From positions 5,436 through 29,435 of the forward strand of contig JAURZI010000103.1 in NCBI GenBank assembly GCA_030653435.1: a stretch of 24,000 nucleotides of DNA, given 5' to 3'. Shown here piece by piece: positions 1 through 7,270 of this stretch. The position numbers and the translations under genes were made by a program. Each line of letters starts with the position of its first letter. Positions within the stretch are counted from its first letter, which is position 1. The notes under the pieces are model-generated. The model was not told the DNA's origin, ran no database searches, and was given only the letters and a program-made list of their open reading frames with translations. This DNA comes from Methylovulum sp. GTDB lineage: Bacteria > Pseudomonadota > Gammaproteobacteria > Methylococcales > Methylomonadaceae.

Positions 1-510
1 TCATCGGCTTCCTTGATCATAACCGCGTAGAGTTTGGCGGTGAGGTTACCAATATCATTAACCAAGTGCTTAGCCAGCAGGGCATAATCGCTGGTATAGG
101 CATCCACATTGATGCCGACACGCTCCGCATCTCGCGTGGCTGCGGGTGCCGAACACGCCGGGGAACTGACTTTGTACAAGTAGGGCAATAACGCCAGCTA
201 CGTTGGCAAACAGTACGTCGAGCAACACCGCTTCCGGCAAGTTCACGTCGAAAACCAGGCCAGCTGCCACCAAATTGTCCTTCGTCACATCGGACAGGGC
301 GTAGTTATCGAGCGGCTCCTGCCACAAATGACTCACATAGGAATGGTTTTCCTCAGCTATAGCACCAGCAATGGCGGTGCTGATGTCTGGCAGGCCGATT
401 TTTCCCGCTGCAGCAACGATAGCGTCTTTATTGAAAGTAACATAACCGATAGCAGCGTCTGCATAGGTTTCCAGCGTTGTGCCTTGGCTGTAGTAAGCAA
501 TTTTGGTCAT
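1..510 (-). pseudogene. Hypothetical protein gene with an apparent frameshift; its 3' end runs off the window
   Basis: The ATG at 510 (MTKIAYYSQGTTLETY...) has AGGAGA 6 nt upstream (tctcct at 517-522 on +). The listed ORF 70..576 ends in an implausible Cys/Arg/Gly tail (...GTRSHARCGACRHQCGCLYQRLCPAG). A second - strand frame is open from 197 down to position 3. It reads protein-like (...ATRDAERVGINVDAYTSDYALLAKHLVNDIGNLTAKLYAVMIKEAD) but has no start codon of its own. A GGGG run at 160-163 is a plausible slip site. I recognise no family. Confidence 0.45.
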
Positions 511-535
511 AAAGAGTCTCCTGTTGGGTGGTGGG

Positions 536-751
536 TTAATAACTTCTACACAATGCGATGAACCAAAGTTCATCAATTCTTTTCAATACACATCCCCCCG
601 TTTGCCAATCGGGCGGTGAGTTGCCGAGCCGAGTGCGTCGAACACGCAAACCGGGGATGTGATTATCCCCGGCGCATAAGGTGTCATGTCTGGGGTGCAT
701 ATTGCGTACTTTTTTCGAGATTGGGCAACGCACACAACGCTTATTCTGCAC
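536..751 (-). pseudogene. C-terminal remnant of a paralogue of the 402-aa membrane protein gene (1268..2476)
   Basis: Nucleotides 536-616 match 1268-1348 at 72 of 81 positions by hand alignment, starting exactly at the TAA stop. The peptide ...IPGLRVRRTRLGNSPPDWQTGGCVLKRIDELWFIALCRSY* parallels ...VPGLRVFDSLDSYPPDWQAGESVLKRIDEHWFIALCRSY*. The N-terminal 30 residues of this ORF are unrelated and Cys/Arg-rich. There is no convincing RBS. Confidence 0.6.
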
Positions 752-756
752 GTCTG

Positions 757-1170
757 TTAAGAGCTATCTATTACACCGGTTACGAAGTATATAAAAAATA
801 AAAGTGCCAATCCTCCAATGAAGCTCATAATAGCGATGGTGCCGCATACTAATGAATAAATAATGCAGTCAAAAAATGGCCTTATTGGTTTTCTAAATCG
901 ATACAAGGCAATAAAATAAATTGTCATATAAATTAAATATATCCCAAGCAAGACCTCGCTTTGATAATTATGAAACTCGCCTTTTATGGGATCAAAATGC
1001 GGGTGACTTAACGTCATAAACATAACATACGCAAGATTAGATAAGGCAAAGAAAAATGTCATTGAAAGCAATTTAATGTTCATGCGTCCAACAACAAATG
1101 CCATGTAATTTAACAAAGTTACTATCGTGAGAGGAATTACCATGGGATAAAACAAATAAAAATCTTTCAT
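757..1170 (-). CDS. Small polytopic membrane protein (about 137 aa, about 4 TM helices), hypothetical
   Basis: The ORF is trimmed to MKDFYLFYPMVIPLTIVTLL... because the upstream part of ORF 757..1308 is an alternative-frame reading of the neighbour's conserved 3' end. The sequence is strongly hydrophobic. The gene is very AT-rich: line 841-900 has 20 G+C of 60, against 40 of 60 in line 2281-2340 of the adjacent gene. No clear SD, so the start is uncertain. Confidence 0.6.
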   Translation of the reverse strand: MKDFYLFYPMVIPLTIVTLLNYMAFVVGRMNIKLLSMTFFFALSNLAYVMFMTLSHPHFDPIKGEFHNYQSEVLLGIYLIYMTIYFIALYRFRKPIRPFFDCIIYSLVCGTIAIMSFIGGLALLFFIYFVTGVIDSS

Positions 1171-1267
1171 TATGGTTAATTTAAATAAGTCAGTTATGAA
1201 TACAGATTTGTTGCAAGAAGGTAAAAAATTCCAGAATAAGCAATTTTGGTTATATAGATCTGATGGA

Positions 1268-2476
1268 TTAATAACTTCTACACAATGCGATGAACCAATG
1301 CTCATCAATACGTTTCAACACGGATTCCCCCGCTTGCCAATCGGGCGGGTAACTATCGAGGGAATCAAACACCCGCAAACCGGGGACAAGCTCGACCTCC
1401 CCCGATTTAAGAAAGTCATGGACCAGCACATGACCGTTTTCGACCCGTGGCGGCTGCGGGAAGTGGTAATAACCTTTGAACAGGAAAGTACTGTAGCGCC
1501 AGCGGGTTACCCAGTAAGGCTGTTTTAGTGTGCCCATTTGGATTAAGACAACTTCGGTAAGCTGTGTAACTTCCGCCATGTTGTCCCGAACAGGGGGCGT
1601 TCCTTCAAATAAAGAAGGTATTTCCCGTCTTATAAAGTCAAAACGATCCGACCCGGTAAGCTGTTCCTCAATCGGAATCCAATGGTCCATGTACCGCTTC
1701 ACAGTCTGGATGGTCTTGGCCGAGTAATGGTCGGGATACCAGTCACCACCTCTCCCGGCTCCAGCGACATCATATGCTCCTATATTCGCCATTAATGCCG
1801 TCACGTCCGTCCGCCTCCTATAGCTCGGCCCGAATTTTTTTAACCCTTGGCGGCGGGCCTCGTCGATGGTGCGCTGGGCTTCGGGCGTCAGCTTTTTTTC
1901 CCGTTTTAATTTATCTTCTAGGTCATTGATTTGTTTTTCTTCCCTATCATCCTCCGCCGTTGGCAAGTAGCGGCGGAAATCCCGATAACCCTTGACCAGT
2001 TGCTCGAACTCTGCCCGGTGCGCGTTGAAATGAGCAGTCATTGCCGCGTCGCTGGGCAGCGGGAAGTGGAAATACTGCCACCAGACTAACGAGCCCAGAC
2101 ATACCAGCGGCAGGGTGGCGTTTAATAGCCATTGCCGCCAATGCAATTGCGGGCTGTTGACCTTGGGCCACAGCAGCAGGCACATACCCAAAAGTGGCGC
2201 CAAAGCCAACGGCTTGAGCCAGGTGAAAACGAACACAAATACGACCTGCATCACCAGCAACACCGAACAGGCCCAGCATAGATACCGGCGCCAGCCCGTT
2301 ACGGCGTTGGCGACGAAGGCTCCGATCAGCAACGGCAACGCGGCGGGTACCGCCCAGAGCAGCGTATCACCCACGGCTGGATTACCGGCGCCCCGGTCAT
2401 AGCCCAGGCCGTACATGACGCCGAAGACCAGGACGCCCCAGCCCAACGCTAGGAGCAGCAATAGCAATCGTCTCAT
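1268..2476 (-). CDS. 402-aa membrane protein: about 5 N-terminal TM helices, a charged coiled-coil-like linker and a roughly 250-aa soluble C-terminal domain; function unknown
   Basis: Long ORF. The N-terminus MRRLLLLLLALGWGVLVFGV... is followed by further hydrophobic segments and the linker EDDREEKQINDLEDKLKREKKLTPEAQRTIDEARRQ. Coding status is supported by amino-acid-level conservation of its C-terminus in the remnant at 536..751. The gene is GC-rich relative to its neighbours. Confidence 0.7.
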   Translation of the reverse strand: MRRLLLLLLALGWGVLVFGVMYGLGYDRGAGNPAVGDTLLWAVPAALPLLIGAFVANAVTGWRRYLCWACSVLLVMQVVFVFVFTWLKPLALAPLLGMCLLLWPKVNSPQLHWRQWLLNATLPLVCLGSLVWWQYFHFPLPSDAAMTAHFNAHRAEFEQLVKGYRDFRRYLPTAEDDREEKQINDLEDKLKREKKLTPEAQRTIDEARRQGLKKFGPSYRRRTDVTALMANIGAYDVAGAGRGGDWYPDHYSAKTIQTVKRYMDHWIPIEEQLTGSDRFDFIRREIPSLFEGTPPVRDNMAEVTQLTEVVLIQMGTLKQPYWVTRWRYSTFLFKGYYHFPQPPRVENGHVLVHDFLKSGEVELVPGLRVFDSLDSYPPDWQAGESVLKRIDEHWFIALCRSY

Positions 2477-2700
2477 GTTGCCGTCGCCCTCAACGCGGGA
2501 TCAATGAAAGCGTAGTCATAGGTTTCCAGCACCGAAAAGATAGGGTCAGGTCTTGAATTGTGCATTTTTTGACTCACTTAGCAAAAGGGTATCTAGCTTT
2601 TTAAGTAGGTTGACTCGAGCCAGAGCTCACCTCTCAGTACACTTAATGTCTATACTTTTGTGATGGTAATAGCGTTTTTTGTCGCGGTGCTATATATACC

Positions 2701-3252
2701 TTAGCCATAACCATTCAAAAAATATTGCGTACTCAGTACCTTGGCGAATGTGCCTTTCAATGCGGCCATAAATGCTGCATGGACTTCGGATGCATTTATT
2801 AACGCCCCTTCAAATTCAAGATCTCGAGTTGCACAGGCATCCGATATGAGTTTACAGGAGTAGCCAAAATCAAAAGCTGCACGGACGGTCGTGTCAATAC
2901 ACATATGGGTCATTGCGCCGCATACCACTAATTCGGTCACCTGTGCTTTTTGCAATGATTCATTAAGCCCTGTGTTACGAAACGCATTAGGGTAGTGCTT
3001 AGTCATTAATCCCTCATTTTCTCTAGGTTTTACACAGTCATGTATGTCACAACCTTTAGTATTTGGAATAAAAAAAGTTGCCCCTATCTGGGCGGAAAAG
3101 TGCTGGATATGAAATATGGGCAACTGTGTAGCTCTGAAAAACTCAAGCAGGAGCTGGCAGTTTTTTGCAGCATAGTCCATACCGACTAATGCCATGCCGC
3201 CATTGTCGAAATAGTCATTTTGGACATCAATTATAATCAAAGCTTTTTTCAT
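2701..3252 (-). CDS. Isochorismatase-family cysteine hydrolase (PncA/YcaC-like amidohydrolase)
   Basis: MKKALIIIDVQNDYF... supplies the catalytic Asp context. VVCGAMTHMCIDTTVRAA supplies the catalytic Cys motif GxxTxxC(I/V)xxTxR. The 183-aa length is typical for the family. Confidence 0.85.
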   Translation of the reverse strand: MKKALIIIDVQNDYFDNGGMALVGMDYAAKNCQLLLEFFRATQLPIFHIQHFSAQIGATFFIPNTKGCDIHDCVKPRENEGLMTKHYPNAFRNTGLNESLQKAQVTELVVCGAMTHMCIDTTVRAAFDFGYSCKLISDACATRDLEFEGALINASEVHAAFMAALKGTFAKVLSTQYFLNGYG

Positions 3253-3407
3253 GTGGTTTCCATTTGATCTGGATAGTCGCGCTTAGTGTTTAACTAAGCC
3301 CAAAGATGCCCGCTTGTTTGCCACTAACCGTTTACATTCAAGGCAGTTAGGTCTGAGCATTTTGGGCTTTCATGTCAATGGAGCTTACCCCGGTAAACAG
3401 GGGCGGC

Positions 3408-3947
3408 TTAGTCACTAACCTTAATGACGTTTAAAGAAGGTTTTCCTACTGTGTTTAAATATAGTTTTTTATTAGTGCCTTCTTGATCCAGTTCAATGAT
3501 GAACCTGTAGTAATACACGCCAGGGTTTAGATCGCTTAACACCGTCCCTGCCCAATAATAATAGACGGGGGTCAGCGGTGAACGTATCTTGTCGGGCGGG
3601 CCGTAAACCTTGAACTCTGAACAGACTTTGATGTCAGCGACATCCTCGCCGTCTTCACTCAGAAAAACGATGTTGTTTATCCGTACCGATGGCGGCCATG
3701 TGCCATTGGGCAGCATGTCCATATCCATGGCATAGATGATCCAGTTGATGGTTTGGCCCTGTTTACAGGTCGTTTGTAAGTTTGCTGTGCCTTGGCCTTT
3801 GCAATCTACGCTATTGTCCATCATATACAGGCAGTCATTCAGGGTTTGGGTTGCATTTGCCTTCCTCACGTCGACGAATGTCACGAGATTGAGTTGCACG
3901 GAATTAAAATGCGGTATTTCATTTTTTTTTTCCAGTTGATTTGACAT
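3408..3947 (-). CDS. AidA/PixA-family (inclusion body protein-like) paralogue 4, 179 aa
   Basis: It shares an N-terminal signature with the three upstream genes: LNLVTFVDV...TLNDCLYMMDNSVDCKGQGTANLQTTCKQGQTINWIIYAMD. This matches my recollection of the AidA/PixA pattern (I/V-x-I/V-x-x-x-D, then YL/M-x-D, then Q/E-G-T-x-x-L, then G-D/Q-x-I-x-W). No signal peptide. Confidence 0.6.
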   Translation of the reverse strand: MSNQLEKKNEIPHFNSVQLNLVTFVDVRKANATQTLNDCLYMMDNSVDCKGQGTANLQTTCKQGQTINWIIYAMDMDMLPNGTWPPSVRINNIVFLSEDGEDVADIKVCSEFKVYGPPDKIRSPLTPVYYYWAGTVLSDLNPGVYYYRFIIELDQEGTNKKLYLNTVGKPSLNVIKVSD

Positions 3948-4025
3948 GTTTGTTCTCTAGTTAATTTAATCAGTGGTAACTCGTGCTAAGCGCCTTGCCA
4001 CATTAGTTAGCCCCAGGTAGGCCGG

Positions 4026-4433
4026 TTAACTCCCGACGAGGGAAGGCGAACTAGTGGTCATTAATGCCTGTTCTTGGGTGCCCACTTGAATTTTGAGGTT
4101 ATACGGGGTGGATTTGGGGTTCTTTTTGACTTTGCCGACCCAGTAGGTGACGTCTGAGCCTTCATAAGTCTTTTGTTCCGGCACGCAATAATCACTGTCA
4201 ATGATGATTTCTTTGATGCTCGCATAGGCTTCAGGTTCTAAGGACATGACCGTCCAAACCAATTGGTCGCCTTCTTTTACCAGAGTTTTCAAAACTTCAG
4301 TGCCCTGATCAGAAGAGCCGTTGCTTTTATTGTTGTCCATCAAATAGATGTTTCCGTTTAGGGTGTCGTTGGCAAGAGCACCTACAACATCTATTAAAGA
4401 AACTATTGTTATCGTTTTATTAATTGTCTTCAT
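4026..4433 (-). CDS. AidA/PixA-family paralogue 3, 135 aa
   Basis: ITIVSLIDVVGALANDTLNGNIYLMDNNKSNGSSDQGTEVLKTLVKEGDQLVWTVMSLE carries the same signature as the neighbouring genes. Confidence 0.6.
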   Translation of the reverse strand: MKTINKTITIVSLIDVVGALANDTLNGNIYLMDNNKSNGSSDQGTEVLKTLVKEGDQLVWTVMSLEPEAYASIKEIIIDSDYCVPEQKTYEGSDVTYWVGKVKKNPKSTPYNLKIQVGTQEQALMTTSSPSLVGS

Positions 4434-4629
4434 TGTCTATCTGCCATTGATTGTTTTTAAAAAACGCCACAAATCATGAGGCTTAATGTGCATATGCATC
4501 AATTAGGCATTCTCAATCATACGGTTCCAGTGCAGTGGTAAGCGTTGACCGTTTGAAGGGCGAGGCGCCCTATAGTAGCAATGCTGGTTGCCCGCAATGG
4601 GGTGGCTTTGAAAGTTGGCGAGCACAAAC

Positions 4630-5439
4630 CTAAACCGAGATTTGCAAAATAGGTAGCTCTGCCATGGCGCCATGGGTGAAGCCATTTTTTTTAGGTGCGC
4701 TAGTAACATTCAGATATGACTCATGTGTCATTTTAATGGGCTCCCATGTTGGCATTTCACCAATATACGATAGCTTGTATATAGAAATATGCAGGGTATA
4801 GGCATAGTTCCCCGTTTTATTGGTATCGACGGACGCGCTCCAATACCAACCGTCTTTTATGGAAATTGGCGTCCCATACTGTGCCGGAAAGATAACGCCT
4901 TTATCGACAGCTTCACCCGTAATGTTGGTAATCAGTGGGGGGAGGTAACTGATGTTAGATGACGGCTCTTGGTCTTTTATAAAGGGTTCACCGAAGATAT
5001 TCATAACCTTGATGCCGAGGTCGCTGACGTTGCCATGGGCATCTTTAATGTTGCTCGTGCTTCCTATTGTTTGGCTGATCCTATGAAGTTCCTTGCTGAA
5101 ATCTTCGGCACTTTGGAGCCCCTTCATCTGCGGCATATTCTTAATGCTCAGGAGATTTTTTCTATCAATAAGCTTCGATTTATGTTGGTGGAAAGTCCGA
5201 GGTAGGGATGGCGGTAGGGAGCCAATTCCAGATGGCAGCCAATTTAGTAGATGTTCGCCGGACTGGGAGCCGTCAATCCAGTGGGCGCCATTGACAGCCG
5301 TATTTAATTGGCCGGTTCCTTCTCCTTCTGATCCTTCTGTTTTTAGGTTGTCGACCAGATAAATATTGCCTTCCAAAGTGTTCGCATTTATGGCTGCGGC
5401 AGTGTCTATCATCACTATTATTGTTATTTCTTGACTCAT
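4630..5439 (-). CDS. AidA/PixA-family paralogue 2, long form (about 269 aa) with an internal insertion and a C-terminal extension
   Basis: The start is trimmed to MSQEITIIVMIDT..., which has AAGGAGA upstream (revcomp of 5445-5451). The N-terminus ITIIVMIDTAAAINANTLEGNIYLVDNLKTEGSEGEGTGQLNTAV carries the family signature. The rest is longer than, and diverged from, the short paralogues. Confidence 0.55.
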   Translation of the reverse strand: MSQEITIIVMIDTAAAINANTLEGNIYLVDNLKTEGSEGEGTGQLNTAVNGAHWIDGSQSGEHLLNWLPSGIGSLPPSLPRTFHQHKSKLIDRKNLLSIKNMPQMKGLQSAEDFSKELHRISQTIGSTSNIKDAHGNVSDLGIKVMNIFGEPFIKDQEPSSNISYLPPLITNITGEAVDKGVIFPAQYGTPISIKDGWYWSASVDTNKTGNYAYTLHISIYKLSYIGEMPTWEPIKMTHESYLNVTSAPKKNGFTHGAMAELPILQISV

Positions 5440-5545
5440 AGGTTTCTCCTTATTACGGTGTTTGGATACTCTGTTCACTGAATAAACATGCAGCCTAATG
5501 CTGCCCTAAGGCTCTGTTCTTACTTGCTATCTAATCCGATTGCTG

Positions 5546-5959
5546 TTAAACGCGCATTAAAGAGGCGGTGTCTGCATAGAGGATGCTATTAGCCCCTTCC
5601 CCCATCTGAAGTGCCAGTTTGTACTTGTAGGGCATGCCTAATTCCATGTACCAGGGCACGATACCGGTCCAGGCATTCAAGTCAGGGTTGCCGGATATAG
5701 GGTCAATGTCGTTTTCGATGTCATGTTTATTGTCAGCCCCTATAAAGCTGATATTTTTTATAGATACTGGAGTCTGTAGATCAATGGCATAGGCTACCCA
5801 CTGGATAACTTGTCCGGGGCGGCATAAAGTCGATAAGCCATCTGTCCCTTGTCCAGTACTGTTAAAGACGCTGTTGTCCATCATGAAAAGATGGTTATGT
5901 AGGGTTTGGTCTGATAGGGCTCCAATGACGTCTACTGCGATGTTGATGTTTATTTGCAT
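5546..5959 (-). CDS. AidA/PixA-family paralogue 1, 137 aa
   Basis: ININIAVDVIGALSDQTLHNHLFMMDNSVFNSTGQGTDGLSTLCRPGQVIQWVAYAID carries the signature. AGGAAAAAAACC precedes the ATG. Confidence 0.6.
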   Translation of the reverse strand: MQININIAVDVIGALSDQTLHNHLFMMDNSVFNSTGQGTDGLSTLCRPGQVIQWVAYAIDLQTPVSIKNISFIGADNKHDIENDIDPISGNPDLNAWTGIVPWYMELGMPYKYKLALQMGEGANSILYADTASLMRV

Positions 5960-6000
5960 GGTTTTTTTCCTATTAGTTGAATGTCAGGCTAAATATTCTT

Positions 6001-6031
6001 TTGCCTGTTTTCTACGGATAGAAACAGGCAA
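6001..6031 (-). other. Intercistronic stem-loop between the aminotransferase gene and the first AidA/PixA gene
   Basis: TTGCCTGTTT(T)CT at 6001-6013 pairs with AGAAACAGGCAA at 6020-6031, giving 12 bp with one bulged T and a 6-nt loop. No U-tract follows on either strand, so it is not a canonical terminator. It could be an RNA processing or stability element, or a partial terminator. Confidence 0.3.
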
Positions 6032-6068
6032 GGCTGTGGAAGTAAGGCATCGGGTTAGCTTAGTTTCG

Positions 6069-7232
6069 TTAGCAAACAAGGTCAGCCGCAAAAAAATGGC
6101 CTATACGGTCCAGAGCCTCTTTGAGATTTTCATAGCTGTTGCCATAGGCAATGCGTATGTGTTGTTGATCCCAAGGTACGACGGCAATATGGGCTTGCTC
6201 CAACAGGTCATCCGCTAACTGGTAAGCGCTTTGCGACAACCCGGAAACATTGGCATAAACATACATAGCCCCCTGGGGGTGCTGGTAGGTAAGTCCGGGA
6301 ATATCCTGCAGGTAGCTGGTCATTAGTAAACGCCGCCGGTTAAGTTCAGCAACCATGGTCTGCACACAGGTTTGCGGGCCCTCTAAGGCGGCTATGCCTC
6401 CCCATTGGGCGAAAGAATTTGCACAGACCACCGAATATTGGTGTATACGAACCAAGGCTTGAATCAGATGGGCGTCAGCGGCAACATAGCCCAGGCGCCA
6501 CCCGGTCATGGCGTAGCTCTTGGAAAAACCGTTAAGGGTTATTGTCCGGGGGCGCATTCCCGGCAGGCTGGCAATGCTGATATGTTGCCTATCGTCGTAG
6601 ATTAGTTTTTCGTAAATTTCATCTGCCATCACTAACAGATTATTATTAATAGAGAAATTGGCCAGATACCGTAACGTGGATTCATGCAGCACGACTCCAG
6701 ACGGGTTGCCAGGCGTGTTGACCACTAGCATTTTAGTTTTCACGCTCAGCTTTGATACCAAATCAACAAGGGCTGGTTGGTATCCATTATGGGCATGGAC
6801 AGGCACTATAATCGGCACTGCCCCCGCCATCTGCGCGGCCATCACGTAACAAGGTAACACCGGCTCGGGGATAAGCACTTCATCGCCCGGATTAAGCAAC
6901 GCCAGCATTGTCATCATAATCCCTTCTGACACGCCAGCGGTGACGATAATTTCAGTTTTTGGATCGAAATCCAAATGGTTGTCATAAGCTAGCTTGTGGG
7001 CAATTGCTTGGCGCAGGGGCAGGATTCCATAGTTTGATGTGTAATGCACGTGTCCGTCGTCAATCGCACGATAGCCAGCCCGTTTGATGTGTTCCGGCGT
7101 ATCAAAGTCGGGACGGCCTATTTCCAGGTGAATAATGCTAGTTCCTTCGCATTCGAGACGATGCACCCGTTCAAAGATAGTTCGGATGCTTGAAAAGGGT
7201 ATCTGTTCCATTCGATCTGCAATTTGCTGCAT
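6069..7232 (-). CDS. Class I/II (AspC-like) PLP-dependent aminotransferase, 387 aa
   Basis: It has the PLP-lysine motif LNGFSKSYAMTGWRLGYV and the NPGNPSG-type motif VVNTPGNPSGVV. AGGA lies 9 nt upstream of the ATG. Confidence 0.9.
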   Translation of the reverse strand: MQQIADRMEQIPFSSIRTIFERVHRLECEGTSIIHLEIGRPDFDTPEHIKRAGYRAIDDGHVHYTSNYGILPLRQAIAHKLAYDNHLDFDPKTEIIVTAGVSEGIMMTMLALLNPGDEVLIPEPVLPCYVMAAQMAGAVPIIVPVHAHNGYQPALVDLVSKLSVKTKMLVVNTPGNPSGVVLHESTLRYLANFSINNNLLVMADEIYEKLIYDDRQHISIASLPGMRPRTITLNGFSKSYAMTGWRLGYVAADAHLIQALVRIHQYSVVCANSFAQWGGIAALEGPQTCVQTMVAELNRRRLLMTSYLQDIPGLTYQHPQGAMYVYANVSGLSQSAYQLADDLLEQAHIAVVPWDQQHIRIAYGNSYENLKEALDRIGHFFAADLVC

Positions 7233-7270
7233 GGTATATTCCTACCCCAAGGCGCGGTCATCAATACGGT

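Noticed and set aside
534-1308. N-terminal extensions MMNFGSSHCVEVINP... (ORF 70..576) and MMSIGSSHCVEVINP... (ORF 757..1308), which look like a conserved N-terminal motif.
   Set aside because: They are alternative-frame readings of the duplicated 3' end of the 402-aa gene family. The real starts lie downstream: the ATG at 510, which has a strong RBS, and the ATG at 1170, taken as the first Met past the duplicated segment (no clear SD, start uncertain).
462-2530. A 14-nt identity (cataggtttccagc at 462-475 and 2517-2530) and a 30-aa ORF (2473-2565, MHNSRPDPIFSVLETYDYAFIDPALRATAT) overlapping the start of the 402-aa gene by ATGA, suggesting a second remnant of the leftmost gene.
   Set aside because: A 24-kb window contains about 2.9e8 same-strand position pairs against 4^14 (about 2.7e8) possible 14-mers, so about one chance 14-mer match is expected. 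The flanking similarity (LETY-D-A-I) is too weak to call.
4503-4709. A 68-aa ORF on the - strand in the gap between AidA/PixA paralogues 2 and 3.
   Set aside because: It overlaps the 3' end of 4630..5439, has no RBS, and its composition is skewed (Arg/Pro/His/Trp-rich). It is probably non-coding, and the gap more likely holds a promoter.
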